Assembly (NCBI GenBank): GCA_965206695.1
Contig: CBDBKM010000011.1
Span: forward strand, 96,001-160,000
Length of the DNA: 64,000 nt
Reading direction: 5' to 3'
Origin: Chlamydiales bacterium
GTDB lineage: Bacteria; Chlamydiota; Chlamydiia; Chlamydiales; JAAZZY01
This document shows positions 54,433-64,000 of this stretch, in pieces. A model generated the notes under the pieces. That model made no database searches. It saw nothing but the letters and a program-made list of their open reading frames with translations, and was not told where the DNA came from. Positions within the stretch are counted from its first letter, which is position 1; each line of letters opens with the position of its first letter. Both the position numbers and the translations under genes were made by a program.

Positions 54433-55368
54433 TAGTGAATAAACTTTAATATTTCATATATTACACACCTCAACAAAAGCACTATCGATAGCTTCTGCTA
54501 ACCCTGAATAGAGCTTAAGAGTTTCTTTTATTTTTCTTTTAAAATTTGCCCAAAATTGCTCAATTGGATTTAGATCAGGAGAATAAGGAGGCAGAAATAA
54601 AATACGGCACCCTTTGCTTTGGATAATGTCTATGGTTTCCTTAGACTTGTGAAAACTTACATTATCCATAATAACAACCTGCCCGGGCTTCAATTCAGGA
54701 ATAAGTACCTGCTCAAGCCATGTATTGAATAATAGCGTATTGCAAGTACCGGTATAACAAAAGGGAGCAAAAATACGTGATTCATTTTTTGCTGCTATAA
54801 AGCTTTCCCTCTGATAACGATGACCTGATACGGCTCCATAAATCAATTTTCCCTTCAAAGCTCTGCCATGTTGACGATCGAGATATTCATTGATACCGCT
54901 TTCATCAATATAGACTCTATTTTCAGGAGGGATGTGCTTTAACTCTTTTTGAAACACCTCTCTTTTTTTCTCATCCCGTTCCCTGTAGAAGGGCGTCTTT
55001 TTTTTAAAGTGATCTTTAAGCGCTTACATGCTTTGCATATGGCGTTAACGGATACACTGAAAACAGCAGCTATTTCTCTCAAATAGCTGTCAGGATGCTT
55101 TTCAATATAATGATTCAGTTTATCTCCGTCAATTTTATAAGGTTTGCGTTTTCTTGTTGTCGCGGCAGCTAAACGACCTGCTTTTTTTCTATTTATCCAA
55201 TTCAATAAAGTACGTGTTGTTACACCAAAAATACGCCCGGCCTCTACCTGAGAGCCTCCTCCTTCTATATAGGCTAAAGCCTTTTGTCTTAAATCACTTG
55301 AATATGCCATGATAAAAAATAATCAAAAAAATAATATATGTAAAAGAAAAATTAAAGTTTATTCACTA
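54433..55368 (-). mobile_element. IS630 type D, apparently intact (ORFs 54939..55310 and 54454..54957, A-run frameshift)
   Basis: 18-bp IR TAGTGAATAAACTTTAAT, TA duplication; YIDESG and PPYSPDLNPIE motifs. Confidence 0.93.
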
Positions 55369-55440
55369 TATATAAATTTTAAGACTATCTTATTTACTTT
55401 TTTTTAAAAATGGATAGGTGATGTTATTTTAAAACCTTGG

Positions 55441-56782
55441 ATGTTAACATCTCATGGGGTTGCATCTGAGTTTGAACTAAGAAAATTTTTGGAGCTTTCA
55501 AGTTCTTATCCACGTTGTATAGTCATTTAATTTTACATTGATAAGATTGCTTGATCAATGGCGAATTTAAAATTCGTAACTTTTCGTAATATCTCTTTAA
55601 CTTTATTTTTCATATTAGCCCAATATTTTTCTATAGGATTTAAGTCCGGAGAATATGGAGGAAGAAACATAAGCTTACAACCGGCAGATTCTACTGTTTT
55701 CCTGCTTTCCGCTGACTTGTGAAAACCGGCATTGTCAAGAATAAGAACACTACCGGGTGTAAGCTGAGGAGTCAAAACTTCCTTAAGCCAAATATTGAAT
55801 AACCCGGTATTACAAGTACCTTCAAAACACATTGGAGATAAAAACTGCCCTTTAGATAGGGCTGAAATAATATTTTGCCTTATAAAGCGGTTTCCTGAAA
55901 CCGCTCCAAAAACTTTTTTGCCGCGTAAGCTTCTTCCGGACTCACGAAATAAAAATTGATGAATCCCGGTTTCATCGAGATAAATTCTCTTGTCAAAGGG
56001 AATATTTTTTAAATCTTTCATAAAAGCTTCCCGTTTCTTTTCATCTCTTTCCTTATAGCGAGTAGTTTTTTTTTTCGTGTAATTTTTAATCTTTTAAGGG
56101 CATAAAAAATCGTTTGCGGAGTGACTGAAAAATAATGAGCAATTTCCGATAAAAAATAATCCGGATGTTTTTCTACATATTTAGATAACAACTCATCATC
56201 TAATTTCTTATAAGCATATTTTCTGCGGATTGGCTTTAAATGTCCTTTTTGCTTTTTTTGCAAGATCCATCGATATATTGTTGCGATACCTACTTGAAAA
56301 ATATGGCCGGCTGTTTTTTTATCATGATGTTTTTCTATATGTTGTAATACTTTCTCTCGAAGATCTACTGAATAGGCTCTAGGCATTGTTTTGTCCTTAC
56401 TGTTTGTATAAAAAAAAAAGGATAACATATTATCAAATAAAAATTAAAATACTATACATATGTCATTGTTAACTTCTTTGAAGAAGTATTTTTAAAACAC
56501 AATCTTTTTGAGTCTATATTATTTGAAATTGGGGACAAAATATTTGCTGCTAATGAAAACATTAAGGCTTCATTTTTAGAGGTAGTTGAAAGAACAGCTA
56601 CTTATTTCTATCAACCCGCTCTTACTTGTGCGCTTAAGGAACTAACCGGTTACCTTTTAAGAGAATTTGCTTTAAAGTGGCAGTGTTATTCTGAGGGCTT
56701 CGTTACTCAGGTTTTAACGACTTCAAAATTTTTTAGCCTCAGAAAAAAGAGGAAAATCGGTTTAGTTATTAAAAGGTTATAG
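55441..56782 (+). pseudogene. Hypothetical protein of about 134 aa, split by IS630 copy 7
   Basis: Removing the IS and one TA gives the open frame MLTSHGVASEFELRKFLELSSSYPRC|TYVIVNFFEE...SLRKKRKIGLVIKRL*. Confidence 0.65.
55520..56454 (-). mobile_element. IS630 type A, copy 7 (intact)
   Basis: Type A ends; TA duplication at 55518-55519 and 56455-56456. Confidence 0.95.
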
Positions 56783-56891
56783 TGGCTAAATGACTCATTC
56801 TTTTGATGTAATAGCATTTTCTTGCAGAATATAGTGATAATTTTTAATATGAGCTTGTTTCGGCGAAACTTATTAGGAGGAGTGTTTGTAT

Positions 56892-57881
56892 ATGGCGAAG
56901 AAAGTTATGAGGATCGCAATTACCGGCGGTGCAGGACAAATCGCATATAGTATTCTTTTCCGGATAGCTAATGGGGAAATGTTAGGTAAAGATCAACCGG
57001 TAGCTCTGCATATCTTAGAAAGAAAGGACGTCGTTTCTATTTTAGAAGGAGTTGTAATGGAATTAAATGATTGTGCCTTTCCTTTATTAGAAGAGATTAA
57101 AATAGGTTACGAGCCAAAAGAAATTTTTAGAGGAATTGATTTTGCTATACTAATAGGGGCAAAGCCTCGAACGAAAGGGATGGAGAGAAAGGATCTCTTA
57201 ATGGAAAATGCTAAGATTTTTATCGAACAAGGTAGAGCTTTGAATGAAGTTGCTTCGAAGGAAACTGTTATTCTTGTTGTAGGCAATCCTTGTAATACAA
57301 ATTGCTGGATCACAATGAAATGCGCACCTAATATCCCTAAGAAAAATTTTCATGCTATGACACGGCTTGATCAAAATCGTGCCCGGTCCCTTCTAGCTAC
57401 AAAAGCTAACGTGCATCTTACTGAAGTTAAGGGAGCCCTAATTTGGGGGAATCATTCAGCAACGCAAGTACCTGATATTGTGAATACTCGCATAGGGAAC
57501 AAGGAAGTAAGAGAAGTCATAACAGATAAAAAGTGGTTGGAAAATGAATTCTTAGCAACATTACAAAAAAGAGGGGCCGCTATTTTATCTGCCAGAGGAA
57601 ACTCTTCAGCGGCATCTGCCGCTAATGGCGCGATTGATGCTATTGAAGCTCTTCATTTTCCTACAGAGGAAGGCTCCTGGTATTCCGATTGTGTGTATAG
57701 TGAAGGAAATCCTTATGGAATTGATGAGGATTTGATCTTTTCATTCCCTTGCAGGAGTAATGGTTCTTCAGACTGGGAAATTATTTCGGGTTTTGAGTGG
57801 GATGATTTTCTCAAAGAAAAGATTAAGCTTACTGAGAATGAGCTTATAGAAGAAAGAAAAGCTGTAAAAGGAATGTTCTAA
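56892..57881 (+). CDS. mdh: Malate dehydrogenase (type 2)
   Basis: [20 protein letters not shown] and IWGNHS motifs; AGGAGG ribosome-binding site. Confidence 0.96.
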   Translation: MAKKVMRIAITGGAGQIAYSILFRIANGEMLGKDQPVALHILERKDVVSILEGVVMELNDCAFPLLEEIKIGYEPKEIFRGIDFAILIGAKPRTKGMERKDLLMENAKIFIEQGRALNEVASKETVILVVGNPCNTNCWITMKCAPNIPKKNFHAMTRLDQNRARSLLATKANVHLTEVKGALIWGNHSATQVPDIVNTRIGNKEVREVITDKKWLENEFLATLQKRGAAILSARGNSSAASAANGAIDAIEALHFPTEEGSWYSDCVYSEGNPYGIDEDLIFSFPCRSNGSSDWEIISGFEWDDFLKEKIKLTENELIEERKAVKGMF

Positions 57882-57915
57882 GGATAGAACATTTATTACT
57901 TAAGGAGAAGTAATT

Positions 57916-59067
57916 ATGTCAGACATTATCTTTGAAGTGACTAAAGATCACTTGGAAACCGGGCTTCGTGGTTATCCGGTTGGTTATTGTAATACTTCTA
58001 GTGTTGATCCTCAAAAAGGGCTCTTCTATGTTGGGAAGCCACTAAGCGAGATTGCTCAAAAGAAACCCGGCGAGGTTATCTATCTTCTTTATCATGGTAA
58101 AGAAGGTATAACGAGCGAAGTGGAACGATTTTTTAATGATATTAACAAAAGAGCTGTTTGTTCACCTGAAACATTAAAAGCCATTAGAAATTTGCCCCGA
58201 TCCGGTCATCCGATGAAGTTATTTTCATCGGCTTTGTTGATTTGTGGTATGATAGAAGGGATGGGGGATTATCGCGAAGATTGTTTAAATATAATTGCAA
58301 AAGTTCCTGAAATAGTTGCGACTGTTATCAATTATCATGCGGGTTGGGAACAGAAGAAATCAAATCCCGGCTTGGGATATATGGAAAACTTCACTCAAAT
58401 GTTAGGGGTCCCAAATGCTAACTATGAGGAATTATTACGAGTCTTTAGCTTCTTTAATGTTCTCCATTATGATCATGGAGGAGGGAATTTATCCGCTTTT
58501 GTCGGAAAGGCTGTTTGTTCGAGTTTAGATGATATGTTTGGTTCTTTAGCCTCTGCTATGTGCGCTCTTGCCGGACCTCGTCATGGTAAAGCTAACCAAG
58601 ACTGTTTAGAGTTTGTCAAACAAGTTTTAGAAGAGCTGGGAGAAGAGGCTACTGCTGAGCAAGTGGAACAACTTATACGACAGAAATTGGATAATAAAGA
58701 GTTGGTTTTTGGGTTTGGACATGCTGTTTTGCGAGTCGAAGATCCAAGAGCTACCGTGCAGTACGAGGTAGCTAAAAAATATTATGACAATGATCCTTTA
58801 GTTAAAATTGCTCTATTTTTAAGAACAGAGGGACCTAAGGTTTTAAAGGAGAATCCTAAAATTACAAATCCTTATCCTAATGTAGATGCTATATCCGGTA
58901 CATTATTAACAGCTTCCGGTTTTCCTTATCCACAATACTTCACTGTTTTGTTTGGTTTATCTCGTGTGATAGGAATTGCTTTGCAGATTGTATATGAAAG
59001 ATGTTATGCTCGTAACGGAAAAGGTGTACCGATATACCGACCTAAATATTTATACAAAGAAAGATAA
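57916..59067 (+). CDS. gltA: Citrate synthase
   Basis: LHYDHGGGNLS, AGPRHGKAN, FGFGHAVLRVEDPR and YPNVDA motifs. Confidence 0.95.
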   Translation: MSDIIFEVTKDHLETGLRGYPVGYCNTSSVDPQKGLFYVGKPLSEIAQKKPGEVIYLLYHGKEGITSEVERFFNDINKRAVCSPETLKAIRNLPRSGHPMKLFSSALLICGMIEGMGDYREDCLNIIAKVPEIVATVINYHAGWEQKKSNPGLGYMENFTQMLGVPNANYEELLRVFSFFNVLHYDHGGGNLSAFVGKAVCSSLDDMFGSLASAMCALAGPRHGKANQDCLEFVKQVLEELGEEATAEQVEQLIRQKLDNKELVFGFGHAVLRVEDPRATVQYEVAKKYYDNDPLVKIALFLRTEGPKVLKENPKITNPYPNVDAISGTLLTASGFPYPQYFTVLFGLSRVIGIALQIVYERCYARNGKGVPIYRPKYLYKER

Positions 59068-59070
59068 CGT

Positions 59071-59898
59071 ATGCGCATTCAAGATCTTGAATCATTCTTT
59101 TCACGTGCTTGGTCTCGTTCATTTTCCAAAAAGAAATTGCTCTTTTCTTTTTTAGTTTTGATGTTATGTGGCTTATTTGTGGTTTTAGCACGTGCCATGG
59201 CATTTGGAGCCGGGAAATGGGTTTTAATAAGTCTGACCTTTTTACCATTTTTCTTAAGTACAGGTATTATTTTAGCTCTTGGTATTATTCTATCCAAAAT
59301 TTATCATGATGAAGTAAAACAAAAAGAGATTTCCTATAGAGGTATCTTCATGAAATCATGGGATCTCATCATTTGTAGTTCTTATCTTTCTGTTCTTCTT
59401 CTTTTAACGTATATTTTCTTTTGGGTCGTCTTGGGCTTTTTTTTCTTATTAAAAGAAATCCCCGGGATAGGAGACTTTATCGGAATATTGATGTCTTTTG
59501 CCCCTTTTCTACTGATTTTAGCATCAATATGTCTTTGTCTGATTAATATTGTTCTCATTTTTTATATTACACCGGCGATAGCATTAAATCAGCATAGTGG
59601 GTTGAAGATATTGAAAGCGACTTTAAACCGGTTTAAAGAACAAGTATTTAGTAATATCCTACTGTTTGTTATTGCGGCTTTTCCTGTTCTGTTCATGTTG
59701 GGTCTTCTAATATTAGCAGCAAGTTTAACAGGGTCGAGCTACCCGGTATCACACACGCCTCTTACTATTGGTCTCCAATGGTTTTTTATGATGGTGCCGT
59801 TTATTGCTCCATTAACACCCCTCATTATTTTTTTCTTTAATTTTTCTGTAGAAGCTCATGTTTTTTTTCAGAAAAAAGTTGATGAATCGATCTCTTAG
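59071..59898 (+). CDS. Multi-pass membrane protein, hypothetical
   Basis: About 6 hydrophobic segments; closely follows gltA. Confidence 0.75.
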   Translation: MRIQDLESFFSRAWSRSFSKKKLLFSFLVLMLCGLFVVLARAMAFGAGKWVLISLTFLPFFLSTGIILALGIILSKIYHDEVKQKEISYRGIFMKSWDLIICSSYLSVLLLLTYIFFWVVLGFFFLLKEIPGIGDFIGILMSFAPFLLILASICLCLINIVLIFYITPAIALNQHSGLKILKATLNRFKEQVFSNILLFVIAAFPVLFMLGLLILAASLTGSSYPVSHTPLTIGLQWFFMMVPFIAPLTPLIIFFFNFSVEAHVFFQKKVDESIS

Positions 59899-60047
59899 GC
59901 TATTTTAGAAATGATTTTCCTGAAAAAAACAATATGCTGAAATCATTCGTTTTTATACGTAAAAAAACACTGAGATCGGAAAAGTTTTTGAATAAAATTT
60001 ATTATTACCATAATAAAATAGAGAGGAAACCCTTTCCTTTAAAATGA

Positions 60048-60198
60048 ATGATTAAAATCTATTGCCTACAACAGTGGTACTAATTAAGCGATCCCGGAAT
60101 GGAAGATGCAATATATGATCGTTTGTCTTTTCAAAAATTCTTAGACTTCGATATCTGTATTGATAAAGTTCCGGATGAGAGTACAATTTTACATTTTG
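60048..60198 (+). pseudogene. IS5 transposase N-terminal (DUF772-like) relic
   Basis: MIKIYCLQQWY*LSDPGMEDAIYDRLSFQKFL...VPDESTILHF. Confidence 0.75.
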
Positions 60199-60409
60199 GG
60201 CGTGTTGCGATCCGGCTAAATTTTCCGGGATAGTTTAATGTGTATCAGCGTTTTTTAATAAGGAGAGTACGATACAGCAAGTTAGATATGATAATTTTAG
60301 AAGATTTCAGAAGTTTCGCGCTACAGAAGTGTGTTATTAAAATAATTGTTTAAATAATTTTTTCAATCAGGGTATCGTTTTCTCTTTTATTAAGGGAAAC
60401 ATTCCGTTA

Positions 60410-61344
60410 TAGTATTTTAATTTTTATTTGATAATATGTTATCCTTCTTTTTTTATACAAACAGTAAGGACAAAACAATGCCTAGAGCCTATTCAGTAGA
60501 TCTTCGAGAGAAAGTATTACAACATATAGAAAAACATCATGATAAAAAAACAGCCGGCCATATTTTTCAAGTAGGTATCGCAACAATATATCGATGGATC
60601 TTGCAAAAAAAGCAAAAAGGACATTTAAAGCCAATCCGCAGAAAATATGCTTATAAAAAATTAGATGATGAGTTGTTATCTAAATATGTAGAAAAACATC
60701 CGGATTATTTTTTATCGGAAATTGCTGATTATTTTTCAGTCACTCCGCAAACGATTTTTTATGCCCTTAAAAGATTAAAAATTACACGAAAAAAAAAACT
60801 ACTCGCTATAAGGAAAGAGATGAAAAGAAACGGGAAGCTTTTATGAAAGATTTAAAAAATATTCCCTTTGACAAGAGAATTTATCTCGATGAAACCGGGA
60901 TTCATCAATTTTTATTTCGTGAGTCCGGAAGAAGCTTACGCGGCAAAAAAGTTTTTGGAGCGGTTTCAGGAAACCGCTTTATAAGGCAAAATATTATTTC
61001 AGCCCTATCTAAAGGGCAGTTTTTATCTCCAATGTGTTTTGAAGGTACTTGTAATACCGGGTTATTCAATATTTGGCTTAAGGAAGTTTTGACTCCTCAG
61101 CTTACACCCGGTAGTGTTCTTATTCTTGACAATGCCGGTTTTCACAAGTCAGCGGAAAGCAGGAAAACAGTAGAATCTGCCGGTTGTAAGCTTATGTTTC
61201 TTCCTCCATATTCTCCGGACTTAAATCCTATAGAAAAATATTGGGCTAATATGAAAAATAAAGTTAGAGAGATATTACGAAAAGTTACGAATTTTAAATT
61301 CGCCATTGATCAAGCAATCTTATCAATGTAAAATTAAACGACTA
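60410..61344 (+). mobile_element. IS630 type A, copy 8 (intact)
   Basis: Type A ends; ORFs 60478..60846 and 60843..61331. Confidence 0.95.
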
Positions 61345-61346
61345 TA

Positions 61347-61601
61347 GGTGTATTGAGAAAGATGGTCCACTAGTTCTTTCGTTTGCAGTTTGGATAATTT
61401 ACCGGCTGATCTTCCTTTGGGATCAGGCTCTAGACCGTCATCTCGTGCAAGAAGCGCACACAAACGATTACGTTCATTTATATTACGGGTCTTTTTTACC
61501 TGAAATTCAAAAGTGCTTCTTTGATTGGGAGTTAATCGGTTCATGCAAAACTAATATCATATTTATACTTTTTTGTGTACCTTTCAGGAGCGAAGAGTAT
61601 A
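61347..61601 (-). pseudogene. 5' part of IS630 type B (second copy)
   Basis: Matches 16551..16805 (MNRLTPNQRSTFEFQ...). Confidence 0.85.
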
Positions 61602-61677
61602 TACAAAATCAAAAAAACAAATAGATGCTTTCATTCTAATGCAAAAGCAAAGGGTTTTCTCGCTTGATTGTCATAAA
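61602..61677 (+). pseudogene. IS200 tnpA last codons + right end
   Basis: (Y)IQNQKNK* followed by the same end as 38243..38297. Confidence 0.7.
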
Positions 61678-61869
61678 TTATTGATAGAAAACAATCATTG
61701 AAGACTGCACGGATGCAGTCGACCCGCAAGTGACGGTTGCGTATCAAAGAGAAGCAGAGGAACGAAAAGCGCTTTAATTCTTTTGAAGGCTTAATCCAAT
61801 TAAAAAAAGCTTCTTATTCTCATTTAATTCGGTTAATGTTAATATGTTTGCACTTTCTACTAAAGTTGC

Positions 61870-62040
61870 ACCGCAAGGAGTGCGGGAAGAGCCTGTGGAG
61901 CTGTAAGCAAAAACTTTAATCCTGAGAGGTTAGTTAAAACAAATACTAATCTACGAAGACGGAACAGCGAAGAAGCAGGAAAAGAGCAGAGCAAAAACAA
62001 ATAGGGTATTTGTAATTTAGATTTATCTAATGTTTTTGAT
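61870..62040 (+). ncRNA. Orphan omega-RNA-like element of a second TnpB type (IS607/IS1341-like 3' end)
   Basis: ACCGCAAGGAGTGCGGGAAGAGCCTGTGGAG...GAAGAAGCAGGAA...TAGATTTATCTAATGTTTTTG; no tnpB ORF adjacent; boundaries approximate. Confidence 0.5.
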
Positions 62041-62083
62041 CTCATAAGCCTCCAATTCCGAAAGTATACACTTTCTAATACTT

Positions 62084-64000
62084 ATGAAGACTTTCCAAGA
62101 ACTTATTATAGCATTAAATCAATTTTGGGCTAGCCAAGGCTGCTCCATCCAACAAGGTTATGACGTAGAAGTGGGAGCCGGAACGTTCAATCCTATAACC
62201 TTTCTGCGTTCATTAGGACCTGAGCCCTATAACGCCGCTTATGTAGAACCTTCAAGACGACCTTCTGATGGAAGATATGGAAATAATCCGAATAGAGTAC
62301 AGCACTACTTCCAATACCAAATTATTTTAAAACCCTCTCCTTTGGATATCCAACAGAAATATTTACAATCTTTAAACGCTCTTGGATTTAACCTGAGTAA
62401 CCACGATATTCGCTTTGTGCATGATGATTGGGAATCTCCTACACTTGGTGCTTGGGGTCTTGGCTGGGAAATTTGGATTGATGGTATGGAAGTCAGTCAA
62501 TTTACCTATTTCCAAAGCGTAGGAGGCATTGCCTTAAAGCCTATTACAGGTGAAATTACCTATGGTTTAGAGCGACTGGCGATGTATATACAGGATGTTA
62601 ATACTATCTATGATATTAAATGGAATGAAACACTTACCTATGGTGATATCTACTACCAAAATGAAGTAGAATGGAGTACCTATAATTTCGAAGAAGCCAA
62701 TACAGCTATGTGGTTCCGTCATTTTGATGATTTTGAAGATGAAGCCCATAGACTAATAGAGACCAATCTAACTCTGCCGGCATATGATTTTGTAATGAAG
62801 GCATCCCATGCCTTTAATATATTGGATGCAAGAGGAGTGATTTCTGTAACAGAGCGAGCTACCTATATTAGACGCATTCGCGAACTTTCCTGCCGGATAG
62901 CCCAAAATTATATTCATTTAAGAAAGGCGAAAGGCCACCCTCTATTAAGAGGTGATGTAAAGACAGAAGAAATAGTAGCACCCGAAGAAAAAGAGTATTC
63001 ATTTAATCCTAAAAAAACAGATGACTTCCTTTTTGAAATTGGATCAGAAGAGCTACCCCAAACTTTTATTGATATCGGTTGCAATAATTTGAAAAAAGCT
63101 TTTGAAGCGCTTTTTAAGGAATACGATCTAGGATACAGAGAAATCAAAGTTTATGGATCTCCAAGAAGAATCGCAACATTAGTTACTGATCTTGTTCAAG
63201 GTAAGGGAAAAAAACTGATTGAGCGAAAAGGACCGGCCACCCTAACCGCCTTCGATAAAGAAGGTAATCTAACAAAAGCCGGTTCAGGTTTTTTTCGTTC
63301 TATTAATAAGAATCCTATAACGCTAGCTGAGCTAAAGACAAAAACTGACAAAGAGTTAGAAATCCGAACAATAAAAAGTACAGACTACCTCTACGCTATT
63401 TTACAAGAACCTGCAATTGCAACAGCCACAATCTTATCAAAACATTTAGCTAAACTCATTTCTCAATTGGATTTCCCTAAAAAAATGCAATGGTCCAACA
63501 TCGGCCTTAGCTATGCGAGACCTATTCACTCGATTGTGGCTCTTTTTGGAAAGGAAACCATTCCTTTTTCAATCGCTAACATAACAGCTTCGAACATCTC
63601 TTATGGCCATCCACAGCTTTGCCCCGGACAATTTAAGATTGATAAGGCGGCTCATTATCTTTCTGATCTAAAAAAACACCATGTATTAGTGAATGTAGAA
63701 GACCGATTAAAAATCATAAGAACACAGCTCACTGACATAGAAGATCAAATCGGGGGATATGCTGTTAGGCAAGATGAGGTGATCGAGGCGGTTGCTAATC
63801 TTACTGAATGGCCTCAATTAATTCCGGCCTCTTTTGATCCGGGTTATCTACAAATTCCCAAAGAAGTTTTAGTCTCAGAAATGATTGAGCATCAAAAATA
63901 TTTTCCTATTGCTGATTCTGATGGGAATTTAACAAACTTTTTCGTAATAACAGCTGATACAAAAAGCACTAAACAAATTAAAGACGGGAACTGTAGAGCT
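62084..64000 (+). CDS. glyQS: Fused glycine-tRNA ligase alpha/beta (GlyQS), runs off the window
   Basis: MKTFQELII...VGAGTFNP...[14 protein letters not shown]...GAWGLGWE; continues without a stop into [11 protein letters not shown] (beta subunit start); not in the ORF track because it is unterminated. Confidence 0.95.
   Translation, partial: MKTFQELIIALNQFWASQGCSIQQGYDVEVGAGTFNPITFLRSLGPEPYNAAYVEPSRRPSDGRYGNNPNRVQHYFQYQIILKPSPLDIQQKYLQSLNALGFNLSNHDIRFVHDDWESPTLGAWGLGWEIWIDGMEVSQFTYFQSVGGIALKPITGEITYGLERLAMYIQDVNTIYDIKWNETLTYGDIYYQNEVEWSTYNFEEANTAMWFRHFDDFEDEAHRLIETNLTLPAYDFVMKASHAFNILDARGVISVTERATYIRRIRELSCRIAQNYIHLRKAKGHPLLRGDVKTEEIVAPEEKEYSFNPKKTDDFLFEIGSEELPQTFIDIGCNNLKKAFEALFKEYDLGYREIKVYGSPRRIATLVTDLVQGKGKKLIERKGPATLTAFDKEGNLTKAGSGFFRSINKNPITLAELKTKTDKELEIRTIKSTDYLYAILQEPAIATATILSKHLAKLISQLDFPKKMQWSNIGLSYARPIHSIVALFGKETIPFSIANITASNISYGHPQLCPGQFKIDKAAHYLSDLKKHHVLVNVEDRLKIIRTQLTDIEDQIGGYAVRQDEVIEAVANLTEWPQLIPASFDPGYLQIPKEVLVSEMIEHQKYFPIADSDGNLTNFFVITADTKSTKQIKDGNCRA

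Noticed and set aside
61680..62083. T-box riboswitch upstream of glyQS
   Set aside because: No GGTGG-ACC T-box motif or terminator/antiterminator pair seen; the structured blocks look IS/omega-RNA-derived. The small hairpins at 61703-61741 remain unassigned.
269..63147. Numerous short ORFs antisense to or overlapping recognised genes (e.g. 269..469, 6750..7076, 7191..7508, 23116..23475, 49591..49896, 57107..57313, 62567..62749, 62914..63147)
   Set aside because: Shadow frames of well-supported genes, with no motifs or ribosome-binding evidence.
1..64000. CRISPR array, rRNA, integron or prophage
   Set aside because: No regularly spaced repeat-spacer array, rRNA-like sequence, integrase/attC or phage structural genes noticed; the repeats are IS copies.

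Overview
A 64-kb AT-rich window from a member of the phylum Chlamydiota. It is an environmental/symbiont type rather than Chlamydiaceae-like: it has the sctL-R-S-T type III secretion genes, a long chlamydial PBP2, fused glyQS, UPF0242 near rpsT, and citrate synthase. Housekeeping blocks (tRNA-Gly-rpsB-tsf-pyrH-frr-tRNA-Glu-tRNA-Lys, mcsA-mcsB, uup, an APC permease, rpsT, nagZ-metNIQ, recD, a GT2, mdh-gltA, glyQS) are scattered among insertion sequences and their relics, which make up roughly 40-45% of the window by my manual tally. These include 8 copies of one IS630 plus four other IS630 types, three near-identical IS1634 and one divergent one, IS30, several IS5, IS4, IS1595, IS200/IS605 with TnpB, and IS5-type MITEs. 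The most notable points are: (1) a 7.4-kb composite transposon (33695-41121, 8-bp target duplication) built from two inverted passenger-carrying IS1595 elements, carrying a eukaryote-like RING + SET fusion gene; (2) a directional mutational signature that creates CCGG sites (CTGG/CTAG to CCGG in decaying genes, with strong CCGG excess); (3) a class D beta-lactamase bracketed by two inverted 169-bp MITEs; (4) a base-exact footprint of an IS630 inside-end inversion that split an IS1634 gene; (5) one intact TnpB with several dispersed omega-RNA/right-end copies, plus an orphan omega-RNA-like element of a second type. All counts and alignments were done by eye; no database searches were run.
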